From the IMG/VR virus record IMGVR_UViG_3300017721_001436, positions 1 through 34,374 of that record: DNA of 34,374 nt; one strand, written 5' to 3'. Of this stretch, positions 18,826 to 27,624 are shown piece after piece. Position 1 is the first letter of the stretch. Each line of letters starts with the position of its first letter. The position numbers and the translations under genes are program-made. The notes under the pieces were generated by a model. That model worked only from the letters and a program-made list of their open reading frames with translations. It was not told the origin of the DNA and ran no database searches. The DNA comes from a virus. Lineage: Duplodnaviria; Caudoviricetes.

Positions 18826-18840
18826 GGCTAACCGAAAAAA
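18793..18840 (-). other. Candidate -1 ribosomal frameshift signal
   Basis: U UUU UUC (18840-18834) in gp26 frame, 8-nt spacer, hairpin CUGG..AUGAG-loop-CUCAU..CCAG (18825-18793). Confidence 0.65.
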
Positions 18841-19544
18841 GATGCCAAACCTTCCAATACAATTTCACTTTCAACCTTTGTCTTAGGGTTAGTTACTTTG
18901 AGAGTATGTGTAAGTTTGGGCATTGTTAAGAAGAATTTCTCAACTTTAGTAAACTGTGAAGTTGTTAAATTCTCAACAAATTCCATCAATTCTTTTTTAC
19001 TACAATCAGTTGCAGTCCAAGATTCTTCTTCATTAAAGACTTGTTCAATACAGTTTGCAATAATATCAAATCCCTCATCAACATTATTATCACCTTGTGA
19101 GAAGTTGTTTTGAACAAACTCATTCAAGGATGGGTATCTCATTCTCAATGTTAAAGCATCATCAAGTTTAATATCTCGATTATGGTTTTCATCAGTAGTG
19201 ACTTTGATATCATCAATATTAATTTGCATCTCTACAGATGTTTCACCATCATCAGGGCAAGTGACATTTACATCAATAACTTCACCTACAGATTTACCAC
19301 GAACATTTAGAAACAGATACTCAATATCAAACGTAGATAGTTTATCTACCTTGATGCCTCTAGTCTGAATGCAGGCAGTTAGAACATTTTTTACAGCATC
19401 TGTAACTTGCTTCATATCTTCACTTTCAAGAGCCAAGATAAGAACTTTTTCTTCCTTTACAAGGAATGGACGATATTTAATCTTTTTCTTTGATGAAGGC
19501 ATCTCAAGTTCATAGACAGGAGTCGTAGACTTAGGTAAAGGCAT
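18828..19544 (-). CDS. gp26: Baseplate hub assembly protein gp26
   Basis: 238 aa; MPLPK..PVYEL..IKYRPFLVKEEK..FDIEYLFLNVRGKSVGE..CPDD..MRYP..LEGLASFF match T4-like gp26. Confidence 0.85.
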   Translation of the reverse strand: MPLPKSTTPVYELEMPSSKKKIKYRPFLVKEEKVLILALESEDMKQVTDAVKNVLTACIQTRGIKVDKLSTFDIEYLFLNVRGKSVGEVIDVNVTCPDDGETSVEMQINIDDIKVTTDENHNRDIKLDDALTLRMRYPSLNEFVQNNFSQGDNNVDEGFDIIANCIEQVFNEEESWTATDCSKKELMEFVENLTTSQFTKVEKFFLTMPKLTHTLKVTNPKTKVESEIVLEGLASFFG

Positions 19545-19565
19545 AATATACTATGATATTTTTTT

Positions 19566-19572
19566 TATTTAT
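19566..19572 (-). promoter_or_regulatory. Late promoter ATAAATA
   Basis: Overlaps the stop of 19569..20441, about 22 bp upstream of the gp26 ATG. Confidence 0.65.
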
Positions 19573-20441
19573 GATGCCTTAGTAAAGTTGATATATTTCC
19601 TAGTAGGAAGTCCGTCACCACCAAAATCAGGTTTGTTATTTATAAAATCGTCAACGAAAGATTGATTTGTTAACTGCTGTCTGAAAGACTTGAATGCATT
19701 TGGCGATGTAAAATACTGGGATAATCCAGATGGTAGAGTTTCACTTCCAGATGTAGCTGCAGCATCTTTATATGACCTATCATACAGAGCATTATCTGAT
19801 GTATCTGCAATGTTGCTCAATTTATCTCCACCAGAACCAATCTCTCCAGCAGAACCAACCACGTACCTATCGTAGTTAAATTCTACGTTGATTCTAAGGA
19901 CCTGAGATGACTCGTAAGATACTGGAGTTGATGTTACTGCCTTTGGAAATAGTGATATAAAATTATATTGCAAACTATGCTTTGGATTATAATCTCGATC
20001 AAACTTGACAATGGTCATTGCCTCACACTTATATTGATCAGGATATCTCATCCTATAGAAGTATCCTTTGGCAAGACTGTCAGATGATCCTGCGCCTGAA
20101 ATATATTCAATCCAATATTCAAAGAATCTGAGCATTTTATATTCAGAGTCACAATAAAACTGCAAACTAATATTTCCAAACTGCCTGGTATGTGCATATT
20201 CCTGTTGCACCCCCGTGAAATTACCTTCAACATTTACTGTAGCAAGAGATGATCCAGGTAATGATGCATCATGACATAGAAGGCCTGCCTTTCTATAGAT
20301 AAAGTTTGAATCAACTCCTCTCTTATCTAAATATTTTCTCAACCCCTTTGGAAATCCATCCATGATTATCTCAAAGTGTGAACTTTGAGCTAAATTCATT
20401 AAGACTGGTTTTAGATCTGAAATTCTTTTTGGACTTGGCAC
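19569..20441 (-). CDS. Tail tube-like protein (gp19/gp54 family, tube initiator)
   Basis: 290 aa, GTG start; LLCHDASLPG...FYCD...FFEYWIEYI...YPDQY...FPKAVTS...VEFNY resemble the tube fold; divergent from gp4. Confidence 0.7.
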   Translation of the reverse strand: MPSPKRISDLKPVLMNLAQSSHFEIIMDGFPKGLRKYLDKRGVDSNFIYRKAGLLCHDASLPGSSLATVNVEGNFTGVQQEYAHTRQFGNISLQFYCDSEYKMLRFFEYWIEYISGAGSSDSLAKGYFYRMRYPDQYKCEAMTIVKFDRDYNPKHSLQYNFISLFPKAVTSTPVSYESSQVLRINVEFNYDRYVVGSAGEIGSGGDKLSNIADTSDNALYDRSYKDAAATSGSETLPSGLSQYFTSPNAFKSFRQQLTNQSFVDDFINNKPDFGGDGLPTRKYINFTKAS

Positions 20442-20442
20442 T

Positions 20443-20449
20443 CTAAATA
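20443..20449 (+). promoter_or_regulatory. Late promoter CTAAATA for the gp4 operon
   Basis: 22 bp upstream of the ATG at 20472. Confidence 0.6.
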
Positions 20450-20471
20450 CCTATAGTGAAAATTTTTATGG

Positions 20472-20906
20472 ATGTCATATAAAGGTAAATTTCGCCCCTC
20501 AAATACGAAAAAGTATAGAGGAGACCCAACTAACATTATTTATAGGTCTCTGTGGGAAAGAAAGTTTATGATCTACTGTGACCTAAATGAGAATATTCTT
20601 GAATGGGGTAGTGAAGAATTCTGGATTCCATATCGCTCACCAATTGATTCCAGAGTTCACCGATACTTTCCAGATTTCTATATTAAGGTTCGTGAAAGTA
20701 ATGGATCTATCAAAAAATATGTGATTGAAATCAAACCTAAAAGACAGTGTATTGAACCAAAAGTTCAAACTAAGAAAACAAAATCATACATTAAAGAAGT
20801 CACTGAATATGCTAAGAATCAAGCAAAGTGGGAAGCCGCACAGGACTTTTGTGAAGATCGTAACTGGCAATTCAAGGTGTTTACCGAAATAGAACTAGGA
20901 ATATGA
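20472..20906 (+). CDS. gp4: Head completion protein gp4 (TnsA-like nuclease fold)
   Basis: YKGKFRP.N..KYRGDPTNIIYRSLWE...HRYFPDF...IEIKP...NQAKWEAA. Confidence 0.92.
   Translation: MSYKGKFRPSNTKKYRGDPTNIIYRSLWERKFMIYCDLNENILEWGSEEFWIPYRSPIDSRVHRYFPDFYIKVRESNGSIKKYVIEIKPKRQCIEPKVQTKKTKSYIKEVTEYAKNQAKWEAAQDFCEDRNWQFKVFTEIELGI
20537..20544 (-). promoter_or_regulatory. Late promoter TATAAATA for the tube-like gene, lying inside gp4
   Basis: Exact T4 late consensus on minus strand, about 95 bp upstream of the start at 20441. Confidence 0.5.
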
Positions 20907-21256
20907 ACCGAGTTCAATCAATAATTGACAAACTATCTGGATCTGAAAATGCAGATGATTTGATGATTGAAATCATGGGAGTATTGACTGAAGTTGTTGA
21001 ATCAACTGAAGTTGAGGTTGGTAATTATTGCACGTTTGTATACTCTCCTAAGACACCATACCTAAAATATGATCAAAACCCATTAGTAGCTGTCGTTAAT
21101 AAGTTTGAATGGGGATTCCGTGGTATCAATTATCATTGGGGAGAATTCCGTAATTATACAAATGAAGAGGTTATTGGACCACTCCATTTGGTACATCCAA
21201 ATGAAGTAAATGACTTGAGAAGTATACCATATGCAAATTATAGACTAAATACCTAA
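20903..21256 (+). CDS. gp2: DNA end protector gp2-like protein (short form)
   Basis: FVYSPKTP..KYDQNPLV...GFRGINYHW motifs; ATGA overlap with gp4. Confidence 0.65.
   Translation: MNRVQSIIDKLSGSENADDLMIEIMGVLTEVVESTEVEVGNYCTFVYSPKTPYLKYDQNPLVAVVNKFEWGFRGINYHWGEFRNYTNEEVIGPLHLVHPNEVNDLRSIPYANYRLNT
21245..21251 (+). promoter_or_regulatory. Late promoter CTAAATA for gp48
   Basis: 13 bp upstream of the ATG at 21265. Confidence 0.6.
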
Positions 21257-21264
21257 AAAGATAT

Positions 21265-22116
21265 ATGGCAAAAAGTCTCCGATATCCACTTGCCACTCTG
21301 ACAAAAGAGTCGGACTATCTTTTCATGACTATTGAAAAGTATAAACCGGCTGGATTTAAAGGTGATCAATTACGTCAAAGATTAAGTAGGGGACTAGGAA
21401 ATAGTAGAGCAACAACTCAGGCATCAATTATTCTACCAATTCCCACGACTATTACAGATTCAAATGGAATCTCTTGGGGATCTGGCACATTAAATGCATT
21501 TGAAAGATCTGCTCTCGGTGGTGCTAAAGATGCATTTGACGGCGAGGCTGCAGCATTTTTAGGTACTATAAAATCAACTGGTGACGAATTATTTAATCTC
21601 GGTGGCCAAGCGGGAGAAGGACTTAAGTCTAATTTAGCTGCAAAGATTGTTCGGGGGTTTGGTAGTAATATTACAGCATCTCAAGTTTTAGCAAGATCAA
21701 AAGGGCAGGTTTTAAATCCTAATATGGAATTGTTATTTAATGGTCCAACATTGAGGCAATTTCAGTTTGAATTTCAGTTTGTTCCAAGAAATCAAAAAGA
21801 AGGTCAAGAGGTAAAAAAAATTATTAGAGAAATCAAAATAGGGTCTACGCCAAAACTTGATGGTGGTGTCTTTATTAGAACACCAGATATCTTTCAAGTA
21901 ACTTATAAAAAAGGTAGTGGTGATCATCCATTCCTAAACTCTTTTAAGCCTATGGCACTGACTAGTATGTCAGTAAACTATACTGGATCTGGAACCTATG
22001 CAACATATGAGGATGGGACACCTGTTGCAATGAATATGAGTCTAACATTCCAAGAACTTGCTCCCATCTACTCTGATGATTATAAAACTGCAGCACCAAA
22101 TGGAGTCGGTTACTAA
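21265..22116 (+). CDS. gp48: Baseplate tail tube cap gp48
   Basis: LRYP, ILPIP, NPNMELLFNGPTLRQFQFEFQFVPRNQKE and LTFQEL motifs. Confidence 0.85.
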   Translation: MAKSLRYPLATLTKESDYLFMTIEKYKPAGFKGDQLRQRLSRGLGNSRATTQASIILPIPTTITDSNGISWGSGTLNAFERSALGGAKDAFDGEAAAFLGTIKSTGDELFNLGGQAGEGLKSNLAAKIVRGFGSNITASQVLARSKGQVLNPNMELLFNGPTLRQFQFEFQFVPRNQKEGQEVKKIIREIKIGSTPKLDGGVFIRTPDIFQVTYKKGSGDHPFLNSFKPMALTSMSVNYTGSGTYATYEDGTPVAMNMSLTFQELAPIYSDDYKTAAPNGVGY

Positions 22117-22766
22117 TGGGTTACTTCAGATACTTACCAGACATAGAATATCCATCACCTTTTAAAGATAGAGTCTCTGATAGGGATTATGTCAAACTAA
22201 AAAATTTCTTTAGAAGAGTCAAATTAAGAGATGATGTTCAAGATCAATTGACTGTTTTTGATAATTATGAAGTTAGACAGGGAGAAAGACCTGATACTAT
22301 AGCGAATGAATACTATGGGGATCCTGAATTAGATTGGTTGGTTCTAATCTCAAATAATATAGTCAACGTAAGAGATGAATGGCCTCTTGATGATAAGCAT
22401 CTTTATGAATATGCTCTTGAAAAACATGGAAATAACTTGAATAATTTCAAGTATTATCTGACGAGAGAAGTAAAAGATGCTGATGGGAGATTACATCTAC
22501 CCGCAGACATAGTTGTTAAGTCGGATTTCCAATTTCCAAATCCAAATCAACTTGGTAATATGTTGAATCCTGTTACTGGGGTGACATACTATGAGTATGA
22601 AGTTTTGGAGAATAATAAGAAGAGATCCATAAGTCTACTAAGAACACAGTATGTTCAACAAGCCATAAACGATTTAAGGGAGGACCTGCGATATGACAGA
22701 TCCTCCCAGTTTGTTGATAATGAAACTATTAGAGCCAACAATGATAGAGTCAACTCTGCAGAGTAA
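22116..22766 (+). CDS. gp53: Baseplate wedge subunit gp53
   Basis: YFRYLP...KNFFRR...GERPDTIA..YYGDPELDWLVLISNNI...EWPL (LysM-like). Confidence 0.9.
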   Translation: MGYFRYLPDIEYPSPFKDRVSDRDYVKLKNFFRRVKLRDDVQDQLTVFDNYEVRQGERPDTIANEYYGDPELDWLVLISNNIVNVRDEWPLDDKHLYEYALEKHGNNLNNFKYYLTREVKDADGRLHLPADIVVKSDFQFPNPNQLGNMLNPVTGVTYYEYEVLENNKKRSISLLRTQYVQQAINDLREDLRYDRSSQFVDNETIRANNDRVNSAE

Positions 22767-23678
22767 TTACTCCTCTGCTAGTTTTTGGAAATAACTCAGA
22801 GTATCATCAGAACCAGTAATGTCTGGGTCATTGAATCCACCTTGATCAGTGCTGTAAGATGGAGATGCGACCTCACCACGATTTTCCTGACGGAACTGTT
22901 CTTCTTCCTCAACAGTTTCTTGATCTTGGAAACGAGGAGTTCCCTTAATACCTAGAACGTAGTCAAGACGAGTCCTCAGTTCATCGTAGGTTTTGAACTG
23001 ATCGGGTGCAACTAGAGCCGTTAGAGAATACTCTTGCTTCCAGAGTGCTTCCATAGCATCATCATCGTCTAGAAGAGGATCTTGACGTGCAAACTCAGAA
23101 GAATCATAGTTCCAGTAACCTGCAACTTTCTTGATCTTCAGTTTGAAGTTAGCACCTTGCCAGAAATCAAAGGGGTTGATGGGATCTTCATCTTCAAACT
23201 CAGGTTGCATTGCAGCGGTGAGTTTGTCAAAGATCTTCTTACCAAACTTAAACAGGAATACTTTACCTTCGTTATCAGGATTGACTGGATCCTTGACAAC
23301 ATAGATGTTACTATAATATGACAGTTTACGCTTTTGCTTACGAGCAATATCTTTGTCAGACTCTAGACCACTATTCCAGAGTTGAGAGTTATGCTCAGAT
23401 ACGGGGTCCTTTTGTCCGAGAGTGGTGAGAGAGTTCTCAATGAACCAACCACCAGGGCCTTGGAAGGCGTGGGAATACAGTTTTGCCCATGGCAGATCTT
23501 CGCCATCAGGAGCAGGGAGGAAACGGATTACAGCGTAACCGTTACCAGTTTTGTCAAGTTGTGGTTTCCAGAGACGATCGTCTCCACCACCAGTCTTGGT
23601 CATTTTTTCGACTTCCTTCACCAGTTTGCTAGTGAGGGAACCCAGAGAAGATTTTTTCTTTAGATCGGAAAAGGACAT
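22767..23678 (-). CDS. gp32: Single-stranded DNA-binding protein gp32
   Basis: DDRLWK..DKTGNGYAVIRFLPA...FKFGKKIFDK...GANFKLK...NYDSSEF; acidic C-terminal tail. Confidence 0.96.
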   Translation of the reverse strand: MSFSDLKKKSSLGSLTSKLVKEVEKMTKTGGGDDRLWKPQLDKTGNGYAVIRFLPAPDGEDLPWAKLYSHAFQGPGGWFIENSLTTLGQKDPVSEHNSQLWNSGLESDKDIARKQKRKLSYYSNIYVVKDPVNPDNEGKVFLFKFGKKIFDKLTAAMQPEFEDEDPINPFDFWQGANFKLKIKKVAGYWNYDSSEFARQDPLLDDDDAMEALWKQEYSLTALVAPDQFKTYDELRTRLDYVLGIKGTPRFQDQETVEEEEQFRQENRGEVASPSYSTDQGGFNDPDITGSDDTLSYFQKLAEE

Positions 23679-23708
23679 TCGGATTTGGCCTGTGTTGTGA
23701 ACGTGTTT

Positions 23709-23737
23709 ATTATAGGTGATTTAGGATCGGTCGTCAA
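23709..23737 (-). promoter_or_regulatory. sigma70 promoter of gp32
   Basis: TTGACG (23737-23732), 17 bp, TATAAT (23714-23709). Confidence 0.8.
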
Positions 23738-24059
23738 GCTCTTCTTTCAACTCACGGATGCTCGCACGTAGTTCAGTAAAGACTGCTCTGACATCGGCAC
23801 CATAACCGAATCCCATTGCATGAACTAGTTTTTGAAGAGATTCTCTTTTTTCAATTGCTTCTGGATCATCACTCAGAGCCATGCGAGCGTACATAACCTC
23901 TTGAGTTTCTACCAATTCACTCATCTTGTTAAGATGATTCATTTTATCTTCACGATCGAAATCGTCATATTTAAGTATATCTGCATAAATTTCATGTTGT
24001 AGACGTTCAATTTTGCCCAGGCCTTCCTGAACAAACTCGGACTCCATAAAATCGCTCAT
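23721..24059 (-). CDS. Conserved cyanophage helical protein (DUF1825-like)
   Basis: 112 aa from ATG 24059 (ATGA overlap with gp33 stop); FMESEFVQE...QEVMYARMALSDDPEA. Confidence 0.7.
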   Translation of the reverse strand: MSDFMESEFVQEGLGKIERLQHEIYADILKYDDFDREDKMNHLNKMSELVETQEVMYARMALSDDPEAIEKRESLQKLVHAMGFGYGADVRAVFTELRASIRELKEELDDRS

Positions 24060-24310
24060 AAAGGCAACTTCGCTTTGGATGTTTTTTTCATAAAGTTTAG
24101 ACGAACAGCATCCCACTTAAGTTTTTCCTTGAGTGGTTTGTTCATCAGTTTAGAAATAGATTCAATTTCAACACTATTCTCTTCACAGTAATGCAAGATT
24201 GCATCGATGTAATTCATTTTTTGTTTGAGAACAATTTGCTCTACATCTTGGGAAAACTTATCCGATGTAATGAACTTTTTTTCGATCTCTTTCTTAAGGT
24301 CATTTGTCAT
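24056..24310 (-). CDS. gp33: Late promoter transcription coactivator gp33
   Basis: FSQDVEQIV...NYIDAILHYCEENSVEIESISKLMNKPLKEKLKWDA; start revised to ATG 24310. Confidence 0.88.
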   Translation of the reverse strand: MTNDLKKEIEKKFITSDKFSQDVEQIVLKQKMNYIDAILHYCEENSVEIESISKLMNKPLKEKLKWDAVRLNFMKKTSKAKLPL

Positions 24311-24977
24311 ACTGGGAAAGTTTAGAATTAACGAAGTTTCTGACATAATCATCCAATTTTTTAATATACTTTATTTTATCATACTCCTCGTACACCTTGC
24401 AAGTTCCGTCTTCACAAGCCATGATGATGACTAGTTTCTTGACAGGAATCTGTGTAAGTTCATAAAACATACATGCATATGCCGCAGCTTGCACAAAGTA
24501 ATGATCAATCCACTTTCTTGGTTTTGGTTTCTTAGAAGTCTTGAAGTCGATAATAGCAAGTTCGCCGTTGTATTCTGCAATACAATCCACCGTTCCCGCG
24601 ATACCTAATCGCAAACTATATAGGGAACTTTCAAGGGCGTGAATATTGTCGATTTGCTTTAAATCTTCCTTTGCAATTAAGTAAAGAAACTCTCCCATGG
24701 GTTTCACAGAACCACTAGGAAGTTCGTCATTCTTAAGAAGATGCTCAGTGAGAGTGTGCATATCAGTTCCACGGCCAGTTGCTGCCTTGGTAATCCTATT
24801 TGCTTCTTCTTCACCAACTTTCTTCCTCCAAGAGGTAAACTTATCTCGATTGATCCAACTAATGACTGAAGTGATCGAAACAAGTTTTTGATTACCATCT
24901 GGAGTTTTGTAGAATCTAGTTCCGTCAATGGTCTCCCTCTCTAATGAAGGGAGACTTACATCAATATGGTTAAACAT
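24300..24977 (-). CDS. PD-(D/E)XK exonuclease (RecB/Cas4-like fold)
   Basis: RGTDMH...E...AGTVDCI...IIDFKTS...QAAAY; TGATG coupling to phoH. Confidence 0.85.
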   Translation of the reverse strand: MFNHIDVSLPSLERETIDGTRFYKTPDGNQKLVSITSVISWINRDKFTSWRKKVGEEEANRITKAATGRGTDMHTLTEHLLKNDELPSGSVKPMGEFLYLIAKEDLKQIDNIHALESSLYSLRLGIAGTVDCIAEYNGELAIIDFKTSKKPKPRKWIDHYFVQAAAYACMFYELTQIPVKKLVIIMACEDGTCKVYEEYDKIKYIKKLDDYVRNFVNSKLSQYDK

Positions 24978-25738
24978 CACATTCCCATTTCCATTTTGGC
25001 TAGTAAGTACTCTTTAACAATACCAGATCTTACAATATCGTCAACCCCAAACTCTACAATATCGAATGATGGCATCTTGCGTAGAATGTTTATAAAGTCA
25101 ACAATACCATTCTTCTCGTTTGTTTTAGTGAGGTCAGTCTGAGTAGCATCACCACAGAAAATAATTTTACTATTTTCACCAATACGAGTGATAATAGAAT
25201 CTAACTCATGAAAGTTTAGGTTTTGGAATTCATCAACAATAATAATTGCATTGTCGAATGTGGTACCACGAATGAATGATGTGCTCCAGAAACTTATAGT
25301 TTCCTGAGATTTAAGATTGCCATACAGCATATCAAAGTCTGTATCAGTTGGCATCTCGAACATATACTTTACCATATTCTTATATGGAATCTGATAAAGA
25401 GATGATTTGTCTTCATGATCTCCAGGTAAGAAACCGATCTCTCTGGTCGCTACAAGAGAGCGAACCACATAAACCTTCTCATATGGCGTGATCTCATTTA
25501 AAACGTCTGCTAGAGCGTTGTAGAGGGCAATAAAGGTCTTTCCAGTACCAGCACAACCATACGCTACTAGATGTTTTCCTTCTCCGTAACCATTAAAGAA
25601 TTTTTTCTGGTTATCTGTCAGCGGTTCAATGTCAAGAAGTAGATCAGAATTGATAGGTTTCTTTCTCTTCATCTGCTTCGCAGTGAGTCCAACTCCAATT
25701 GGTTGTTGAGCTGAGTTCTTCCTCTTTTTAGCTGGCAT
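24977..25738 (-). CDS. phoH: PhoH-family ATPase
   Basis: Walker A GCAGTGKT, IGFLPG, FIRGTTF, VDEFQN, GDATQTD, DIVRSG. Confidence 0.95.
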   Translation of the reverse strand: MPAKKRKNSAQQPIGVGLTAKQMKRKKPINSDLLLDIEPLTDNQKKFFNGYGEGKHLVAYGCAGTGKTFIALYNALADVLNEITPYEKVYVVRSLVATREIGFLPGDHEDKSSLYQIPYKNMVKYMFEMPTDTDFDMLYGNLKSQETISFWSTSFIRGTTFDNAIIIVDEFQNLNFHELDSIITRIGENSKIIFCGDATQTDLTKTNEKNGIVDFINILRKMPSFDIVEFGVDDIVRSGIVKEYLLAKMEMGM

Positions 25739-25752
25739 AAGGTTTGTATTTA

Positions 25753-26001
25753 CTAGATTTTCTTTACTCTGGAACCAGGAGATTTAGATGCTTTATGAAG
25801 CACCTCATTCCAACCAGGATTCTTAGCGACGAGTTTATCTCGCCACTCACCCACCTCACATACACCAGGGCAGCTATTAGGATCAGAATAATCTCTTGAC
25901 CAATCAGGATTATTTGTTTTCCACTGGTCCCATTCATGTACGCTCATTTTCACTTCTTTTGTCTCACCTGTTTTAAGGTGGACAACTGGATATGTTGCCA
26001 T
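25753..26001 (-). CDS. Conserved hypothetical protein upstream of phoH
   Basis: 82 aa MATYPV...TGE...GWNEVL; fills the thyX-phoH gap; late promoter upstream. Confidence 0.7.
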   Translation of the reverse strand: MATYPVVHLKTGETKEVKMSVHEWDQWKTNNPDWSRDYSDPNSCPGVCEVGEWRDKLVAKNPGWNEVLHKASKSPGSRVKKI

Positions 26002-26021
26002 AAATTAAAATCCTAACAAAA

Positions 26022-26672
26022 TTATTTAGTATGACTCACCCAACCAAGTGCTTCGGATATTACAGGAAATTCTCCTGCAAAAACACACATACACTCTTTG
26101 GCAATATCCATATGTTCTTTCTGAGTACCATTGGCGGATCTCAGATCGATATAATGAATCCATGAGCGAATTGAGCCACTCATGTAAATTTTTGTGGGTA
26201 CGGCCAAAGGAAGCACAAAACGAGCACATTCCTTTGCCACACCATGATCAAGCATAGTCTGATATAGATCCATTGCAGCTGCAAAATGCCTTTCAATAGC
26301 AATCTCAAACTCTTGCTTATGAAAAGCATCCAAATCATCAGTAGAGTTTTGGCGATTCTTTGTATCTTGACGACGTAAATCAGGAAGAGGAATCTTAGTT
26401 GCTAGCATAGAACTATCAGCATACCGTTGAGAAAACTCTTGGAATGTGAAACTCCTATGTCGCAAAATTTGAGCCGCAAGTCCCCTGGTCGTACTGATCT
26501 CAAGAGTCATATATGCTTGCTCAAAAATACTCCAGTGCTTATGATTGATGCAGTATTTGAGAAGACCAGCGATCTTTTCGTTCTCTTGATTGTTGGGGTT
26601 GCTTACACGAGCACAATATGCAATATTTTTCTCTGCATCAGGAGTAACAGAGATCAGTTTAACATGATTCAT
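26022..26672 (-). CDS. thyX: FAD-dependent thymidylate synthase
   Basis: HWSIFEQ, QILRHRSFTFQEFSQRY (RHRx7S signature), KECARFVLP, TQKEH. Confidence 0.95.
   Translation of the reverse strand: MNHVKLISVTPDAEKNIAYCARVSNPNNQENEKIAGLLKYCINHKHWSIFEQAYMTLEISTTRGLAAQILRHRSFTFQEFSQRYADSSMLATKIPLPDLRRQDTKNRQNSTDDLDAFHKQEFEIAIERHFAAAMDLYQTMLDHGVAKECARFVLPLAVPTKIYMSGSIRSWIHYIDLRSANGTQKEHMDIAKECMCVFAGEFPVISEALGWVSHTK
26023..26029 (-). promoter_or_regulatory. Late promoter CTAAATA
   Basis: Overlaps the thyX stop, about 22 bp upstream of ATG 26001. Confidence 0.55.
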
Positions 26673-26838
26673 TCTTGAAACGTTTACGACATTTTTTTAC
26701 TTCTTTGAGTTCATCCTTGATCATCTGATAGGCATCTTCAGATGATAGTTTACGTGCCATTTCCATGGCAGTAATGATCTCAACTCTTGTTCCAAAGTGT
26801 TTGAGGGCTTCCTCAAAGTCATTCAGTTCCTCATACAT
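26659..26838 (-). CDS. Small hypothetical protein missing from the ORF track (59 aa)
   Basis: Manual translation MYEELNDFEEALKHFGTRVEIITAMEMARKLSSEDAYQMIKDELKEVKKCRKRFKNESC*; fills the gap and overlaps the thyX start. Confidence 0.75.
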   Translation of the reverse strand: MYEELNDFEEALKHFGTRVEIITAMEMARKLSSEDAYQMIKDELKEVKKCRKRFKNESC

Positions 26839-26850
26839 CTTAGCACATCT

Positions 26851-27156
26851 TCAGCGTTTTTTCTTCTTTTCCTCGACAGGTTTGTATCCCCAAAGTTTTG
26901 GTTTGATAGTTCCCTTTGTCCAAGAAAATTTCACAAACCCCTTTCCAAACTTATCATAGTACATATCAAATAGTTTAGACTCTTTTTCAGCCCTAGTGAT
27001 ATCATAATATGTTTCACCATCAATTTGAAACTCTACTAAAAACGCATCTGTAGGGAGACTCTTGTCGTTTGCATCAGATGGACCACAATCCGTTTGTAGA
27101 ATTGTACATCCATAGTTCTTTCTAGTTAGGGATTTTTCTTCATCAGTCCAAGACAT
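26851..27156 (-). CDS. Conserved hypothetical protein
   Basis: Start revised to ATG 27156 (MSWTDEEK), 1 bp after the upstream stop; DKSLPTDAFLV...FDMYYD...GTIKPKLWGY. Confidence 0.7.
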   Translation of the reverse strand: MSWTDEEKSLTRKNYGCTILQTDCGPSDANDKSLPTDAFLVEFQIDGETYYDITRAEKESKLFDMYYDKFGKGFVKFSWTKGTIKPKLWGYKPVEEKKKKR

Positions 27157-27157
27157 A

Positions 27158-27610
27158 TTAGGCTCTATTTCCCCATACGATGTCCTCGAAGGCTTCGGCA
27201 ATAACGTTTCTTGTAACTCTGTATTTGCTTCCAATGTTTTTATCCTTTACTAAACAAAGTAACTCTGCTTCATCTTTGTGGAGAGATTCAAGCAGTTCAA
27301 TGAAAAGTGCTTCACGTCTAGTGCGAGTGAGTTCTTTATTTCCTCCCTCTACAAAATTGTAAAACATTCTTTGATTACTGACGAGACGGGAAATGCCATC
27401 ACCAATAGGTTTATCATTTTCGGTATATGGTACTTTACCTTCTGGAACAGTGCTCTTGATAGATTCATCAAAATTCCAAATAAGTAAAGAAACTAAAGCA
27501 GGGTTACGATATTCTCTAAGAATATTTACTTTTGCTGCTTTAGTTTTTGCGCTTGATACAGCCTGTAAGATTTCAGACTGTAGTGGGTTTGGTGGTAATT
27601 TTTTAGCCAT
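27158..27610 (-). CDS. Conserved T4-like hypothetical protein
   Basis: 150 aa; LIWNFDESI..VPEGKVPY...RREALFIELLESLHKDEAELL. Confidence 0.75.
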   Translation of the reverse strand: MAKKLPPNPLQSEILQAVSSAKTKAAKVNILREYRNPALVSLLIWNFDESIKSTVPEGKVPYTENDKPIGDGISRLVSNQRMFYNFVEGGNKELTRTRREALFIELLESLHKDEAELLCLVKDKNIGSKYRVTRNVIAEAFEDIVWGNRA

Positions 27611-27624
27611 AATTAATTTACAGT

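Noticed and set aside
20472-20906. TnsA-like protein as a transposon
   Set aside because: It is gp4 head completion protein in standard synteny; no transposon ends or partner genes.
24300-24977. Cas4-like nuclease as evidence of CRISPR-Cas
   Set aside because: Core T4-like exonuclease in its usual phoH-gp33 context; no array, other cas genes or four-Cys cluster.
25738-26030. Pho box upstream of phoH
   Set aside because: No convincing direct-repeat Pho box; only late-promoter-like motifs are present.
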